Source: Chiloscyllium plagiosum (lineage: Eukaryota). From it: 51,770 nt of DNA. Below the pieces are notes generated by a model. The model searched no databases. It was not told where the DNA came from and saw only the letters and a list, made by a program, of their open reading frames with translations. The DNA is taken from the NCBI RefSeq assembly GCF_004010195.1, contig NC_057720.1:36556516-36608285 (forward strand). Direction: 5' to 3'. Below, piece by piece: positions 1-13,330 of the stretch. The position numbers were made by a program, and so were the translations under genes. How positions within the stretch are numbered: the first letter of the stretch is position 1; every line of letters begins with the position of its first letter.

Positions 1-225
1 GTTGGTATAGGACAGATGTTAGGGGTAGGTTCTTTACTCAGTGAGTTGTGAGTTCATGGAATGCGCTGCCAGTAGCAGTGGTGGACTCTCCCTCTTTATG
101 GGCATTTAAACGGGCATTGGATAGGCATATGGAGGATAGTGGGCTAGTGTAGGTTAGGTGGGCTTGGATCGGTGCAACATCGAGGGCCAAAGGGCCTGTA
201 CTGTGCTGTATTTTTCTATGTTCTA
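1..225 (+). mobile_element. CR1-clade (HER1-like) LINE 3' end, truncated by window start
   Basis: End of ORF2 plus 3' UTR 'ggtgcaacatcgagggccaaagggcctgtactgtgctgta' and microsatellite tail 'ttctatgttcta'; closely similar to 22020-22254. Confidence 0.85.
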
Positions 226-858
226 AAGCGTTTGCAATGCTTTCTTATTGGTCAGAGTATTGAGTACAGGAATTGGGACGTCATGTTGCGGCTGTACAGG
301 ACATTGGTTAGGCCACTGTTGGAATATTGCATGCAATTCTGGTCTCCTTCCTCTCGGAAAGATGTTGTGAAACTTGAAAGGGTTCAGAAAAGATTTACAA
401 GGATGTTGCCAGATTTGGAGGATTTGAGCTATGGGGAGAAGCTGCACAGGGGCTGTTTTCCCTAGAGCGTCGGAGGCTGAGGGGTGACCTTATAGAGGTT
501 TACAAAATTATGAGGGGCGTGGATAGGATAAATAGACAAAGTCTTTTCCCTGCGGTGGGGGAGTCCAGAACTAGAGGGCATAGGTTTAGGATGAGAGGGG
601 AAAGATATAAAAGAGACATAAGCAGCAACTTTTTCACACAGAGGATGGTACGGATATGGAATGAGCTGCCAGAGGAAGTGGTGGAGGCTGGTACAATTGC
701 AACATTTGAAGGGCATTTGGATCGGTATATGAATAGGAAGGGTTTGGAGGGACATGGGCCAGGTGCTGGCAGGTAGGACTAGATAGTGTTGGGATATCTG
801 GTCGGCATGGACGGGTTGGACCAAAGGGTCTGTTTCCATGCTGTACATCTCTATGACT
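226..858 (+). mobile_element. CR1-clade LINE, 5'-truncated ORF2 C-terminus and 3' tail
   Basis: ORFs 172-465 and 510-776 give LYRTLVRPLLEYCMQFWSP...LERVQKRFTRMLP and RTRGHRFR...NFFTQRMVRIWNELP, typical CR1 ORF2 C-terminus; tail 'ctgtacatctctatgact'. Confidence 0.92.
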
Positions 859-859
859 A

Positions 860-2570
860 AGTCACAACACAACCCGTATTTATATGGGATTCTTCCTCCC
901 AGGGGCCCCCGAACCAACAAACATCATCTTCATGGCTAAACAAAGGCCCTAAACAGTATGGCCGATACATCTGCATCAGTGTAATTCAAAACGGGCCGCC
1001 ATGTTCTATAAAATAATCCATATTCGTATGGAAGTCTAGAAGAATATATTCCATAACAGTCCTGTGCCAATTCGACAGTCCCGAGGGATTTTCTGATACC
1101 CAACTTACCAAGATACACTGTCCCAATATCTATGAATCTTATGGCATGTCCACAGACAATGAGTGAGTATCAACTTCTATTTTGCATTTCGGGCACATTG
1201 GGGATGCTCCTGCCTTGAACTTTGCAAGTTGCTCTGGTGCCATATGAGTCCTATCTTCCATTGGATAGCCTGAGTTCTATTACAGATAGAGATCTTCCTA
1301 GCATTTTCCCAGATATCCTCCCACACCTCGAAGGAGATTGCCGTCCCTAATTCTTGATTCCAGTTTTTGTATAACCGTTCCATGTCTTTTTGATTAGATT
1401 AGATTACATTAGATTACATTACAGTGTGGAAACAGGCCCTTCGGCCCAACAAGTCCACACCGACCCACCGAAGCGCAACCCACCCATACCCCTACATTTA
1501 CCCTTTAACACTACGGGCAATTTAGCATGGCCAATTCACCTGACCTGCACATCTTTGGACTGTGGGAGGAAACCGGAGCACCCGGAGGAAACCCACGCAG
1601 ACATGGGGAGAACGTGCAAACTCCACACAGTCAGTCGCCTGAGGCGGGAATTGAACCCGGGTCTCCGGCGCTGTGAGGCAGCAGTGCTAACCACTGTGTC
1701 TTCGATACCTTATTACCTAGAGAGTGATAGAGAGTACTGACCGAGGGTGCTCCCATCAGCTGAAGCACACTCCTTTCCATATCTAATTTGTACGGATTAG
1801 TCATCAATGTGGTTTTTTTTGTATGAAATCTTGTACTTGAAAGTATCGAAAAAGGTCCTTGTTAGGCAACCCGAACTTCTGATGCAACTGTTTGAAAGAC
1901 ATCATGACCTCCCCATTGAACAGATCTCCCAAACAGGAGATGCCTTTGGACTCCCAAATTTTAAATCCAGCGTCAGTCAAGCCTGGCTGAAATCCCAATG
2001 TTCCCACTATAGGAGTGGAAGGAGAGGTTTTTTGTGAATTACCCTCATCCTGTTACATCATCCTCCAAACTTTGATTGTATTGAATACAATTAGGTTTTT
2101 ACAATGATCTGTAATAACTCTAATCCAGAAATAATAGATTGATGAGGGGACATTTTACTTGGGAAGCCTCAATGTCCAACCAAATTGGGTCTCGTGACCC
2201 ACAATCAATCAATCAGCCACATATGATAACAGAGAACTCAGTTGGTACCTTCTGAAATCCAGAAAATCTAGACCTCCCCTTACTTGTGCAAGCTGCAACT
2301 TAATAAGGGTCTGTCTGTGATTCCAAATAAAGGAGCCAAGCCAACCATAAAGCTTACACAGTACCTGTGTTGGCAACATCAAAGGAAGCATTCTCATGGG
2401 ATATAGTAGGCGAGGTAGAATATTCATCTTTACCAAAGCTGTTCTTCCTAGCCAGGATATTGGGAGATCTTCCCAGCATTGGAGGTCCTGCCTTATTTTC
2501 TCTAATAAATGCATAAAATTGGCTTTGTGTAGCTGACCAAATATTGGGGTAATAGAAATACCATTAATTA
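860..2570 (-). mobile_element. Degenerate L1/Tx1-clade LINE ORF2 C-terminal region, interrupted by an HE1 SINE
   Basis: Collinear minus-strand ORFs 2209-2514 (QDLQCWEDLPISWLGRTALVKMNILPRLLYP...GGLDF), 1804-2007 (WESKGISCLGDLF...FRYFQVQDF) and 1177-1383 (WNQELG...WEDIWENARKISIC) match fish-type L1 ORF2 post-RT motifs. Confidence 0.8.
1389..1696 (-). mobile_element. HE1-like tRNA-derived V-SINE
   Basis: Minus strand starts 'cagtggttagcactgctgcctcacagcgccggagacccgggttcaattcc' (A/B boxes), has the V-domain 'ggtttcctccgggtgctccggtttcctcccacagtccaaagatgtgc' and a (taatc)n tail; candidate 6-bp TSD tgtctt at 1383-1388 and 1697-1702. Confidence 0.9.
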
Positions 2571-2619
2571 ACTTTTTAAATTGTTATTTTAATTCAGAGT
2601 CCACTTCCATTTCCAGCAT

Positions 2620-3720
2620 TGCCTTAACTTCCTAATACAATTGTTGCTCAACCAGTTCCAGCGAGATGGATAGAGAACTGGTTGGGCAACAGGACAAAAT
2701 AGTAGTGGAAGGGAGTTTCTCAAAATGGAGACATGTGACCAGTGGTGTCCCACAGGGATCTGTACTGGGACCACTGTTATTTGTGATATACAAAAACGAT
2801 TTGGAGGAACATTAGTTTGCCTCATTAGCAAGTTTGCAGATGACACTAAGACTGGTAGAGTAGCAGATAGTGAAGGTGACTGTCAGAGAATATAACAGAA
2901 TATAGATAGATTGGAGAGTTGGGCAGAGAAATGGCAGATGGAGTTCAATCCGGACAAATGTGAGGTGATGCATTTTGGAAGATGCAATTAAAGAGCAAAC
3001 TATACAGTAAATGGAAGGGTCTTGGGAAAATTGATGTACAGAGATCTGGGTGTTCAGGTCTATTGTTCCCTGAAGGTGGCAACGCAGGTCAGTAGAGTGG
3101 TCAAGAAATCATATGGCATGTTTTCCTTCATCGGACAGGGTATTAAGTACAAGAGTTGGCAGGTCATGTTACAGTTGTATAAGACTTTGGTTTGGCCACA
3201 CTTGGAATACTGCGCACAGTTCTGATCGCCACATTGCCCAAAAGGATATGGATGCTTTGGAAAGGATGCAGAGAAGGTTCACCATGATGTTGCCTGGTAT
3301 GGAGGGTGCTAGCTATGAGGAGAGGTTGAGTAGATTAGGATTATTTTCATTGGAAAGAAGGTGGTTGAGGGGGGCCCTGATTGAGGCTTACAACATCATG
3401 AGAGGTGTAGACAGGGTGGATAGCAAGAAACTTTTTCCCGAGAGTGGAGTTCAAAGTGAGAGGGCAAAAATTCAGGGGAGATATACGTGGAAAGTTCTTT
3501 ATGCAGAGAGTGGTGGGTGCCTGGAATGCATTGCCAGCAGAGGTGGTAGGGGCGGGAAAGATAGAGTCAATTAAGATTTATCTAGATAGATACATGAATG
3601 GGCAGGGAGCAAAGGGATACAGATCCTCTGAAAATAGACAGCAAATTTAGATAGAGGATACGTATTGGCGCAGGCTTGGAGGGCCCAAGGGCCTGTTCCT
3701 GCGCTGTAATGTTCTTTTGT
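2620..3720 (+). mobile_element. CR1-clade LINE RT/C-terminal fragment with 3' tail
   Basis: 'agtggtgtcccacagggatctgtactggga' ([10 protein letters not shown]), 'aagtttgcagatgacact' (KFADDT), LYKTLVWPHLEYCAQF; multiple stops and frameshifts. Confidence 0.92.
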
Positions 3721-4989
3721 ATGGGATAGCAATTCCAAAAGTTATTCGGAGTGTCAACTTAATTCAGCTGTGGAACTTTCCAGTATAGCTACTGAATTTA
3801 TCAAAATGTCAATGCATGGCAGATCTGTATGGAAATGATCTATATGAGAATGAAAACAAACTTTCACGTGTGGATTTTATTTCAATAATGCATCGTTGCA
3901 AGGATAAAAAAGGATAAAAATAAAAATTTGAAACAAGAAAACAGCAACTTAATTTTAGTATAGAAACAAAGCTTTACAGAGGAGGAAAATAACAAAAGGA
4001 AAGAGGTAGAGCTATGTGAGAGGACTGAGGCTTGTCTGAAAGCTTTGACAAATAGCTAGATTTTAAAAAGGTGAAGGAAGTAGTAGACAAAGTGGCTTAG
4101 GAATAAAATCTGCATAGAGTTAAGATGTTCTAAGACTCTGGGAATCTAATCAAACATTCCAAATATTTCAGAAGTGAAAGTAACTGGATATTGAAAAATT
4201 GTACAATATTGGAGGGATGATGACCCCAAGGCATGACAAAGATTGTTTTAGGGAATGTTTTGAAAGAGAAAAATAGTCAGGTGGCAGAGAAAGAATTCTA
4301 GAATCCATGGCCATGACATCTAAAGAAGTTGTGTAAAGAGGTTTGAAGGGTGGTCAGAGTTGAAAAGAGCATGTGGGGTATTTATGATTTAAGGAAAAAA
4401 AAAAATTGGGCTGAGGAGGTCGTAGCAGGTGGGAAGAACAAAGTCATGAAACTGAGTAGAAGATTTGAAAATTGTGGTGTTGATAGAGAAAATGCCAGTG
4501 AAGAAAGGACAGGAAGGAAAATGGATGATCACTCTGTGGATCCTATATGGGTCTATTGAGCCAGTCAACTATCGTAGCTCAAAGATAAAACCAGAGCGTT
4601 TTCACCGATAATTTAAAAGGTTGGGGCAGAACGATTCAAGGAACAATGATTGTAACCATCAGCTGCTTCCAATACCAAAGACTGTGTGGTGCAGTACATG
4701 GCCGAAATGGAGTGGGAATAATAATGCTTTAAATTCTGTAAGGAGCAAAATTCAAATCTTGCATGGATCAGTATTTACGGCTAACCACTTTGAATATTCA
4801 ACAATGTCATTATCAGTGAATGGCCCAGCATAAACAAGCATTTTAGGTATCACTAGAAACTTAACTGGCCCAGTCACATCATGTGATTATGAAAGCCAGT
4901 GTCTGGGAATTTTGTGACAAGTAATTCACCTTTTGAATCCCCAAAGCCTAACCAGCAGCTAAAGGTACTAGTCAGGAATGTGATAAACT

Positions 4990-5320
4990 GCACTTTGCTG
5001 CATTTGCACTCCATCCACCACATCAAATATTCACTCCTGCCACTAGAGGTCCACTTTTTTTGGTAGCACACACTAAGAATATGCTCAGGCTTTTTCAATA
5101 GCATCTTCCAAACTTTGAATATCACTTGCAACTTGCCCCTCCAGTACTGTCCTGACTTGAAGTATATAATTCCTTCACTATTGCTGGGTCAGAATCCTGG
5201 AACACCTAAACACTGTAGCTATATTTACACCAAATGGACTACAACAGTTTAGTGGCACAGCACCACCTTGTTCAGAGTAATTAGGAATTAGCAGTAAAAG
5301 GTCAGCCTCACCAGCAATGG
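4990..5320 (+). mobile_element. Old, decayed non-LTR element 3' end
   Basis: Diverged similarity to 9810-10130 (catcttccaaac...ctgacttg...caccaccttgttcagagtaattagg). Confidence 0.45.
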
Positions 5321-5650
5321 CAACAAAATGTTTTGGTGTAATTCATTACTAAATTAATAAATGGAAAGAAAATAAATGAAAAACTACTTACTATTCAATT
5401 TCAGTAACTATAGTAACAAATGATTCATAGTTTCTCATCTGTTTGCAATTCAATAATAACAAGCAGAATTCTGATAACTATGAACTAGATGGAGGAATAA
5501 GTGCTGCTTTTTAACATTTACTTAAAATGAGAACTCAACTAGAAAGTAATTAAATTGGATATTCCAACACTAGTTTATAAAGCGTCCCTTCAAAAAGGCA
5601 TTCTAGAGTCAACAAGTGATGGTTAACTTAAATATTTTGTTCTAACATAG

Positions 5651-5790
5651 GTGCCAAGTACAGTTCTGCCTTGTGTATGGAGGAATGTGAGAACGAACCA
5701 AGAACAAGTTATTCAGATGAAGATTTCAGCGTGGACTTAGGAGGACTATCTGACAACCCACCTGAACTAACTCTCAGTGATCTGTCTTGA
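5651..5790 (+). CDS. Probable terminal coding exon of an unidentified plus-strand gene: xAKYSSALCMEECENEPRTSYSDEDFSVDLGGLSDNPPELTLSDLS*
   Basis: Acceptor 'aatattttgttctaacatAG' ends at 5650; phase-1 frame open for 45 codons to TGA 5788-5790; acidic Ser-rich composition in unique sequence; followed by ~3 kb of mostly unique AT-rich, UTR-like DNA. Upstream exons not in window. Confidence 0.6.
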
Positions 5791-7871
5791 ATATTGCAGC
5801 CTTCAAACAAAAAACCCAGCAGCGTTGCAGAATGACATTTCTGCAATATTTCTCATAAAGACCTCTAACATATTCAAAGATTTGCATCTTATTAATATTT
5901 AAATCAAGATTCTCCCAGTCGAAGGCAATAACTTCTGTTTTACTCCTGACAGTGATATCTATTCTTCAGGTATACTTGATCTAGAGTTTAAAAAACAATT
6001 TCAGTTTTATTTTCCAAATATTGTTTATGGTCCCAGGCAAGAAACATCCAAAAATTGGTTAAAAACTTTTACAAGTGAATGAAGGAAGAAACTTGGGGCT
6101 CAGACTGGACATCAATTTGAATGAATATGGAAGAATTGTTTAGTACCAGGGTTTGTTCAAATCTTGCCATCATCCATTACCTATTCTGAAAGCTAGGTTT
6201 GGTTTCTTTGAATAAGTTGGTTGGAAAGAAATGGAAGTTTTTTTTTGTGTGGCAATACACACATTTAAAAGTGCACTGATTTTTTGTTAAAATTGGAGTA
6301 TTCATGTGATAAGGTGTGGTCACTGATATAGTCAGCCTCCGGTAGCATTGTAACAGGGCTCAAGTAGGGTATTGAACAAATGGGCAGCCAATGTACAAAA
6401 GGAAGGTAGGAGAGGGGATGAGAGACAAAGGAGTAGTGAAACTGAGGAAGGCACTGGTCTCATTTCAGTTTGCCACATTCAGCAGCAAGTCTTCCCTTGT
6501 TGGCCTGATCTACTAAATTAGAAAGCTCCTATAATCTGAGTGATTGAAGTTTCTAGGCTTTCAAAAAGTCTTCTGGCTAATTAATTTTGAAGTAGTCACG
6601 ATCTTAGTATCAGATTAATTAATTTTAAAGTTGCTCCATTTATTTCCTCTTCCACCTTCTTGGCAGGTAGCTGGTATTATTTTTAGATAGTAATCAAGTT
6701 CACAGGACATTATTTAGTCACTTTTCTGCAAGTACTGAACATCTGTAACAACAAAAAGATAGCTGCCAATATGGATTTTCCAAAAGAAAACCTTAGCTTG
6801 ACCAACTTCAAATTTTTATCTGGTTAAGAATTAACAGAATATACAAGGGTAATGCTACATTGGGGTGTGCTATATCGAGGATTTCTAAAAAGGACCATCA
6901 CTAGGTTTCATATGAGATTAGTTAATAAATCTGAGCACAGGCTGTTCGTGGACAATTAGCAGAATTCATCGTTTACTTCTTTCTGCCACACAGCAACGTA
7001 GGAATAAATAGGAGATAAAACACTGAAATAGGTGATAAAACTAATATTTTAAAATGGCAAATATTTGAATTTTGTTTACCTGATAAAATTTAGGAAACAC
7101 AACATCCAATTTTATGAAGGCAAGATAGCCAGAACTGTGAAAATGAGTAACTGCAGCACCCATTGGTGTAACAGTTACTGCAAGTATGTGAATATATCAT
7201 AACAGCTTGAATTTATGTAGTACTGTAGTGAGGCATTCCAAGGCCCTTCACAAGTATGATCAGCCAATAATTAATACCAAGCTAAAGTAAGAGGCATCAA
7301 GACAGCGCATTGAATAAGTGATGTTTCACATACTGATGGCCAACTTCAACTTAGCTTGTTTCAAAAGCAGTAACTGCTGACCTTACCATAATGAATTTTT
7401 TAAAAAAGGAATTTCTCAATGCACGAGGTCCACAATCTGTTGGTCCTGTATCCTGGCTGAAGTATCATGACCCACCTACTTCTGACCTTTTATTATCTTA
7501 CCAGAGTATGGAGTGTCAATAGAAGGTTACCTTCATTTAAATAATCCAGCTAGACATTTTTGCCAGCAGGTGTGAAGACAGTGGCCAGATGGGGTTCAGT
7601 CGAGGGAGGTGGCTGTTTTTCTGCTCCTGCACGAAGCTGGTGGTTGTGTTTCCTGCACTCCTGTTTACAGTGGTCAGAGGTTGAGGCTTACACTCCCAGT
7701 TACTCTCAATACAGTTACTTTACTTCACCTGGAATATGACAATGGTCTACCAGTGAGTCCATTGCCCTGGTAATTCTTCAATGCTGTTAGTAATAATCAA
7801 TAAAGTAGAATTTGGTCATTTTAAGTGTACAGTTGGTAAGAAGCATTAACTAGGCAGTAAAGTACAAATAG

Positions 7872-7983
7872 GCAAAAGTGAGGACTGGAGATCAGTGTTG
7901 AGAGTGTGGTGCTGGAAAAACACAGCAGGTGAGGCAGCATCCAAGGAGCAGGAAAATCGACGTTTCAGGCATAAGCCCTTCAT
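7872..7983 (-). mobile_element. Short Penelope (Neptune-like) terminal fragment with partial hammerhead core
   Basis: 'aaagtgaggactggagatcag...gctggaaaaacacagcaggtgaggcagcatccaaggagcaggaaaatcgacgtttcaggcataagcccttcat', same family as 19843, 29808, 44676 and 48078. Confidence 0.75.
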
Positions 7984-8924
7984 GAAATACCTGATCCACG
8001 AGGAGGTGACGACAACAAGCTTTTTGGTTCCTTCTTTGTCTAATTACTCATGTCTCTCCCCTCAGAGGCTGCTTATGTAACCCTGCCAGACTAGGATTAT
8101 GACATTGTCTCTCTTAACCTGTAATACAGTAGCCCATTTTGCAGGATTCTTCCACTGAACTCACTGCATCAGTTTCTGCACTGCTCTTTCTTCCTGGTTT
8201 TCAGCTATCGCTTGGTGGTAGTTCAGATAGCAGGGAGTTATCACAGGTAAAGTATATGGCAGTAATACAACAACGAACATTTACATTTAAATAATCGACG
8301 CGAATGGTGTAGAGCAACAGTGTCGTTAGAAATTTAACACAGCCTTTAATCTCAAAGTAGTTAAAGTAACTATTGTTCAAAATATTTCCAGTTTTGCCAC
8401 TGACCTTTCAGTTGACCAGAAAGGTACTTAACCTTTTAGTGGCTATATCTGACAAATGAACTATTGCAAGGAGGTCTTCAGTGGCAAGTTGCATTGCATT
8501 ATTCCAGGCATTTTAAATAAATATTATTACTTGTGTAAAATCAAAGTCTTCCACAAAATTAAGAATTTCAAGCCTAGCAAAGTAGTTGGGAAGCAGAGGT
8601 AAAGTCTTAAATATACTTTAACATATGATGATTTATTAATAATAGGCTTACCACCACCTTTCTTGAGGCAGTCAGGAATGTGCAGTAAACATTGGCTTAG
8701 CCAATGCCCACATACCATAAGCAAATAAGTGAACCAATTTAAGCATAGTGCCACTGTTCACAGTAAGCATTTTGGAAAATACAGGAGATTGATTCTTTAT
8801 CATGTTCTATAAATTTAATGGATTTTGAAGCCATCAACTATTTTTAAGCATTTCAGAGACAAATTTCTAAACTTTTAAACGTCTGTAAACAGTTATCTGG
8901 AGAAAGTAATAATTTACTGTTCAA

Positions 8925-8930
8925 AATAAA
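8925..8930 (+). terminator. Candidate polyadenylation signal of the plus-strand gene
   Basis: AATAAA followed by GT/T-rich 'tttgtgtatatttctt'; alternative AATAAA at 7799-7804. Confidence 0.3.
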
Positions 8931-9809
8931 AATATTTCACTATTTGTGTATATTTCTTAATCTTCATGTGAGATTTGAAAACCCTCCGCTAGATCTTTAA
9001 ATAAAAGGAAACAGCTTGTTCAATCGAATTATGACACCTCCATGACAGGTAAGACTTGAATCTGATCTTCTGGCCCAGATATTGGAACACTATCACTGCA
9101 CCATAAGAGCCTCCTCAGTAAGTTTCTCACGTGATAACTGGTGGTTTTCCTTTCTTGAAAGTGGATAGTAACAGTTCAAACATTCCCCCAATTCATGGAC
9201 AATGGATAGGCATATCCTTAGATCTTCATAGAAAGAACATCAGAGCAATACAGCAAACAAAATTGGTTAAGACCCGAAGGGAAACTAAGAGGACTTGGTA
9301 TATTTTGACATTAAAAGCAGAGAAAAAGCGAAATAAGATTTTAATTTTAAAAATTCCAGTAAGATGCACAGGGAAAAATTGTGTTCAGAAGTGAGTTGTT
9401 TCAACCATGTTTAAAACTATGATAAAAAGAGTTTATGAAATCAGAGGAGGAAAAGTTTAGTTATTAAACAAAACATTTACCACAAGGAATACTTAAAGGT
9501 CGGCATTGCTGCATATTTTTAAAAGGGAAAAATGGATTAAAATTGATGCACGGTTGTAGGGAGAAATCATTGTTGTCAAAATGTTTGGAAAGGTTAAGTA
9601 AATAGTGTGATGCATACAGTAGGCTGAAGTGGTCTCTGTGCAACTATCATCTGGATTTCTAAGCGAAGAGGATAAGATGAGAACTGAATGAAAGCAAAGG
9701 TTTCAGGACCAATGTGAATTCAAACTAATTAAACGTTGTTAATTATAAACCCTTACCAGAATTAAAGATTACAAAATGTAACTGATGAATATTTGCTACT
9801 ATATAGTGT

Positions 9810-10130
9810 ACACCATATACAAAATGCACTGCAGTAATTTACCAAGACTCCTCCAGCAGCACCTTCCAAACTCATATTCACAACCACCTAGAAGGGCAAG
9901 GGCAGCAAACATATGGGAACACCACCTGCATGTTCCTCTCCTAACCACTGACTTGGAACTAAATTGATTTTCACTTGAGACAGAGTCAAAATCATTGAAC
10001 TCCCATCTGAACAGCACAGTACTTACCCTACGGTTTGCATGAATTCAAGGTGAACATGGCTTGCCATCACTTTTCCAGGGCAAGTAAGGATGGGGAATAA
10101 ATGTTGATCTTACCAGCAGTGCTTACTTCC
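9810..10130 (+). mobile_element. Old LINE 3' end (CR1/L2-like)
   Basis: ORF 9785-9967 YKMHCSNLPRLLQQHLPN...PPRRARAA and tail 'ccagggcaagtaaggatggggaataaatg'; related tails recur at ~5270 and ~44430. Confidence 0.55.
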
Positions 10131-10347
10131 TTCAAAAGATTGTAGAACTGGGGGGAAATAAACTAGCCATATGATGCAGCTAACCCACAAGGTAATCAAA
10201 ATGTCATTTTGCAGGCAGCTAATTCTATATCAGAACAATAAACCTGCATAAAGCTCACTGACATATTTATGTTAATATGCACAATTGTGCATTTTAAGAG
10301 AAAAACTTCAGAAGAATCAAATAGGTGTTTGTGGTTGCCAAAGTTGC

Positions 10348-10848
10348 TTAGAGTCATAGAGATGTACAGCATGGAAACAGACCCTTCGGTCCAACCCATC
10401 CATGCTGACCAGATATCCCAACCCAATCTAGTCCTCCCTGCCAGCACCCGGCCCTTATCCCTCCAAACCCTTCCTATTCATATACCCATCCAAATGCCTC
10501 TTAAATGTAGCAATTGTACCATCCTCCTACACTTCCTCTGGCAGCTCATTCCATACCCGTATCAACTTGTGTGAAAAAGTTGCCCCTTAGGTCTCTTTTG
10601 TAACTTTCCCCTCTCACCTTAAACCTATGCCCTCTATTTCTGGACTGCCCAACCCCAGGGAAAAGACTTTATCTATTTATCCTATCCATGCCCCTCATAA
10701 TTTTGTAAACCTCTATAAGGTCACCCCTCAGCCTCTGACACTCCAGGAAAAACAGCCCCAGCCTGTTCAGCCTCTCCCTGTAGCTAAGATCCTCCAACCC
10801 TGGCAACATCCTTGTAAATCTTTTCTGAACCCTTTCATGTTTCACAAC
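10348..10848 (-). mobile_element. CR1-clade LINE 3' fragment
   Basis: Reverse complement of ~370-858; ERVQKRFTRMLPGLEDLSYRERLNRLGLF. Confidence 0.92.
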
Positions 10849-12337
10849 ACTTTTGACAACCATTCAACATCAAACCTTAACAAGCTCCCTAAACTTGGGT
10901 CCAAAGTTTAGCTCAACTCAGATTACCAAAATAAATACTTGAGCATTAGACCAGTGGCTGCTTTTGTACGTACCTTCCATTTTCAACTAAAAATCCAGCA
11001 GTGAACTAGTCATGGCATTTTGTCTTAATGGGTCAGTCACTTCATTAGTCTACTACTGGACTATAGAGAAAGTGACAACATCACAAGTAAAAGCAGCCCA
11101 CTTAATTTAGGGTTTAAAATAATGAGCAAGGGGTGTGCATAACAGTGTCCATTGTGGTTGAAGTCCACACTATCCTGAAGGTGTGCCATAAAAGTCCAAA
11201 CATATAGATTACAATAACAAACACTAAGAATAAAATTGTACAATAAGAAGAATTCTGTGCTGTTGCTGCCAATTTTTTTTTTAATAAGTCATCCCTTTTA
11301 GCAAGATAATCGAGACTAAAGACAGGACAGAGTAAAAGGAGAAACAAAGATTATTATTTGTTCATGCCCAGATCCCAAAGCATTTAAGATAGCTTGCTGA
11401 GCACTCTCTTCCCCAACTGTATAGTTTTGAATGAATGAATGAACGAACATCATGTTGAAGAGAAAACCAATTTTTAATAAAACAAAAACAAGGCAATTGT
11501 ATAAAATTAACAACTCTTCAATCAGAATACTCCATTTCCTACTTCCTGTCAAGGACATACATTCCATAGGAAATTAACATTATACTAACGTTTGCAGCAA
11601 ATTCTTCCACACAGCTTTGTTTTCTTGAAAAATCAAATAGTGCAAACTAGGCACCTCCTCAGTTCACAAATGTGTTCTATTCCATAAAATGCAGATCACA
11701 AAAGGATTATGAAAAATAATTAACCTTCTAAACAAAATCAGACCTGGAAAAAAAAGTAAAAGTTTGCACTAAAAATGACAAATTGGCAATACCAGCAGGC
11801 TGGTAATCGTATTCATAGAACAGGAAGGAAAGAATAGGAATGTAACTAAGGGTACCAATGAGTTTGATGTCTCAGTACTGCAAGTTCTAACGTTTGGAAT
11901 TTCTCTCACAACATGTTCTTGATTGTGTAGTCTTACTAATGGCTAAACAGAACTTTTTTAAAATGCAAATATCTGGACCGCATAATACCTTTGGTAGTTG
12001 CATGTTATGACAGAAAATTGCTATTTGAAAGTGATCACACACTTTAAATTTAATGATACCACATTGAAATTTCTCATTTTTAACAAAATATAACTGGTAT
12101 CACATTTGTGCACAAGACAAATACAACAATAATGGCTTTCATCCTTAAAAGTATTAGCAATCCACCCACACTACCAACCCAGCTAAAAGGTTTATTAAAT
12201 GCTAGTTTACAGGATGTTTCACTGCAAGTCTCCCTTCACATCAGGTGTAGTAATTTGTACCATTGCTAAACAGACACCTTTGTAAGGTAACAGACTTCTT
12301 AGATTGCAAGTTTATCAGAAAACAAGTTTTGCCACAA

Positions 12338-12437
12338 GTTCTGAAGGGTGACCTGACCTGAAACATGAACTCTGATTTCTCTCCACAGATGCTGCCAGAC
12401 CTGCTGAGCTTTTCCAGCAATTTCTGTTTTTGTTTCT
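12338..12437 (+). mobile_element. Decayed Penelope (Neptune-like) terminal fragment
   Basis: 'ttctgaagggtgacctgacctgaaacatgaactctgatttctctccacagatgctgccagacctgctgagcttttccagcaa', reverse-complement similar to 49893-50000. Confidence 0.65.
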
Positions 12438-13324
12438 ACATTAACTTATGTCACCTGATATCACAGTACAATAACTTTCAAACTACATGCATTCTTGTAA
12501 AATTCAAAAATTTAAAAGAAACAAATCAAAACCTGGAATAAAATACAGAAAGAATGACAAAATCATGTGATTTAGGCAGCAGCTACTTGATCTCTTCCTT
12601 ACATAAAATGTTTATCCCACCATTAAAGGATCTAGCTATTTCACAACCAGTGAAGTTGAACACCATTAGGGCACTGGTCATTCCTCGAAAGCTTTTCTTA
12701 GGATCAACCTTGTCCTCTAGTATGCTGGTTCTAAACTTGAATAGCCTCTTGACAACAGGCACAGCAGTACTCGAGATATGACCTCATAAGAGTACTTAAA
12801 ATTCAGCACAGGTATTGATTTAAACTCTTACAGATTTTGCATTATAACTTCAAATTATTACAGTCACTTGATCAGTTAATTTATTTCAAGTTTCTTCCCC
12901 CATACCTATAACCTTGATAATTTTAGCAACTTCTGCTTTAGCACATTTCCTTGTGACCAGTAGGTTTGCAGTCAACTAGTTGAAAATTTGGGTGTGGGAG
13001 ACAAACATACATGAAAAATTTAAGGAGCTAGATTGTTGTATCCAACTAAAATTGTTACTTTATTGACAGTTCAGTTAAAAGATATGTTGAATTAATGTTT
13101 CCCGAACATCAAAAAAGGAACAAATCAATTTTGCCAACATGTGAATTAAAGTTTGGCCTAATCAATGATCTGGGATGGAGAGAGACGCAGACAGACAGAC
13201 ACACCCTCATCTCTTCTGTCCCTGACTCAATCTTCGAAAAGATTCATTTGTTAAAGAAAGGTAAAAGTGTAGCAAACAGAAGTGAAATAGTACTAGGTTA
13301 AACGGTTTTTTTGGGAATCAGATT

Positions 13325-13330
13325 TTTATT
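13325..13330 (-). terminator. Candidate polyadenylation signal of the mucin-like gene
   Basis: Minus strand 'gtttgtaAATAAAaatctg' followed by T-rich 'tatttcacttctgtttgc'; alternatives near 12191, 13060, 15329 and 15495. Confidence 0.3.
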
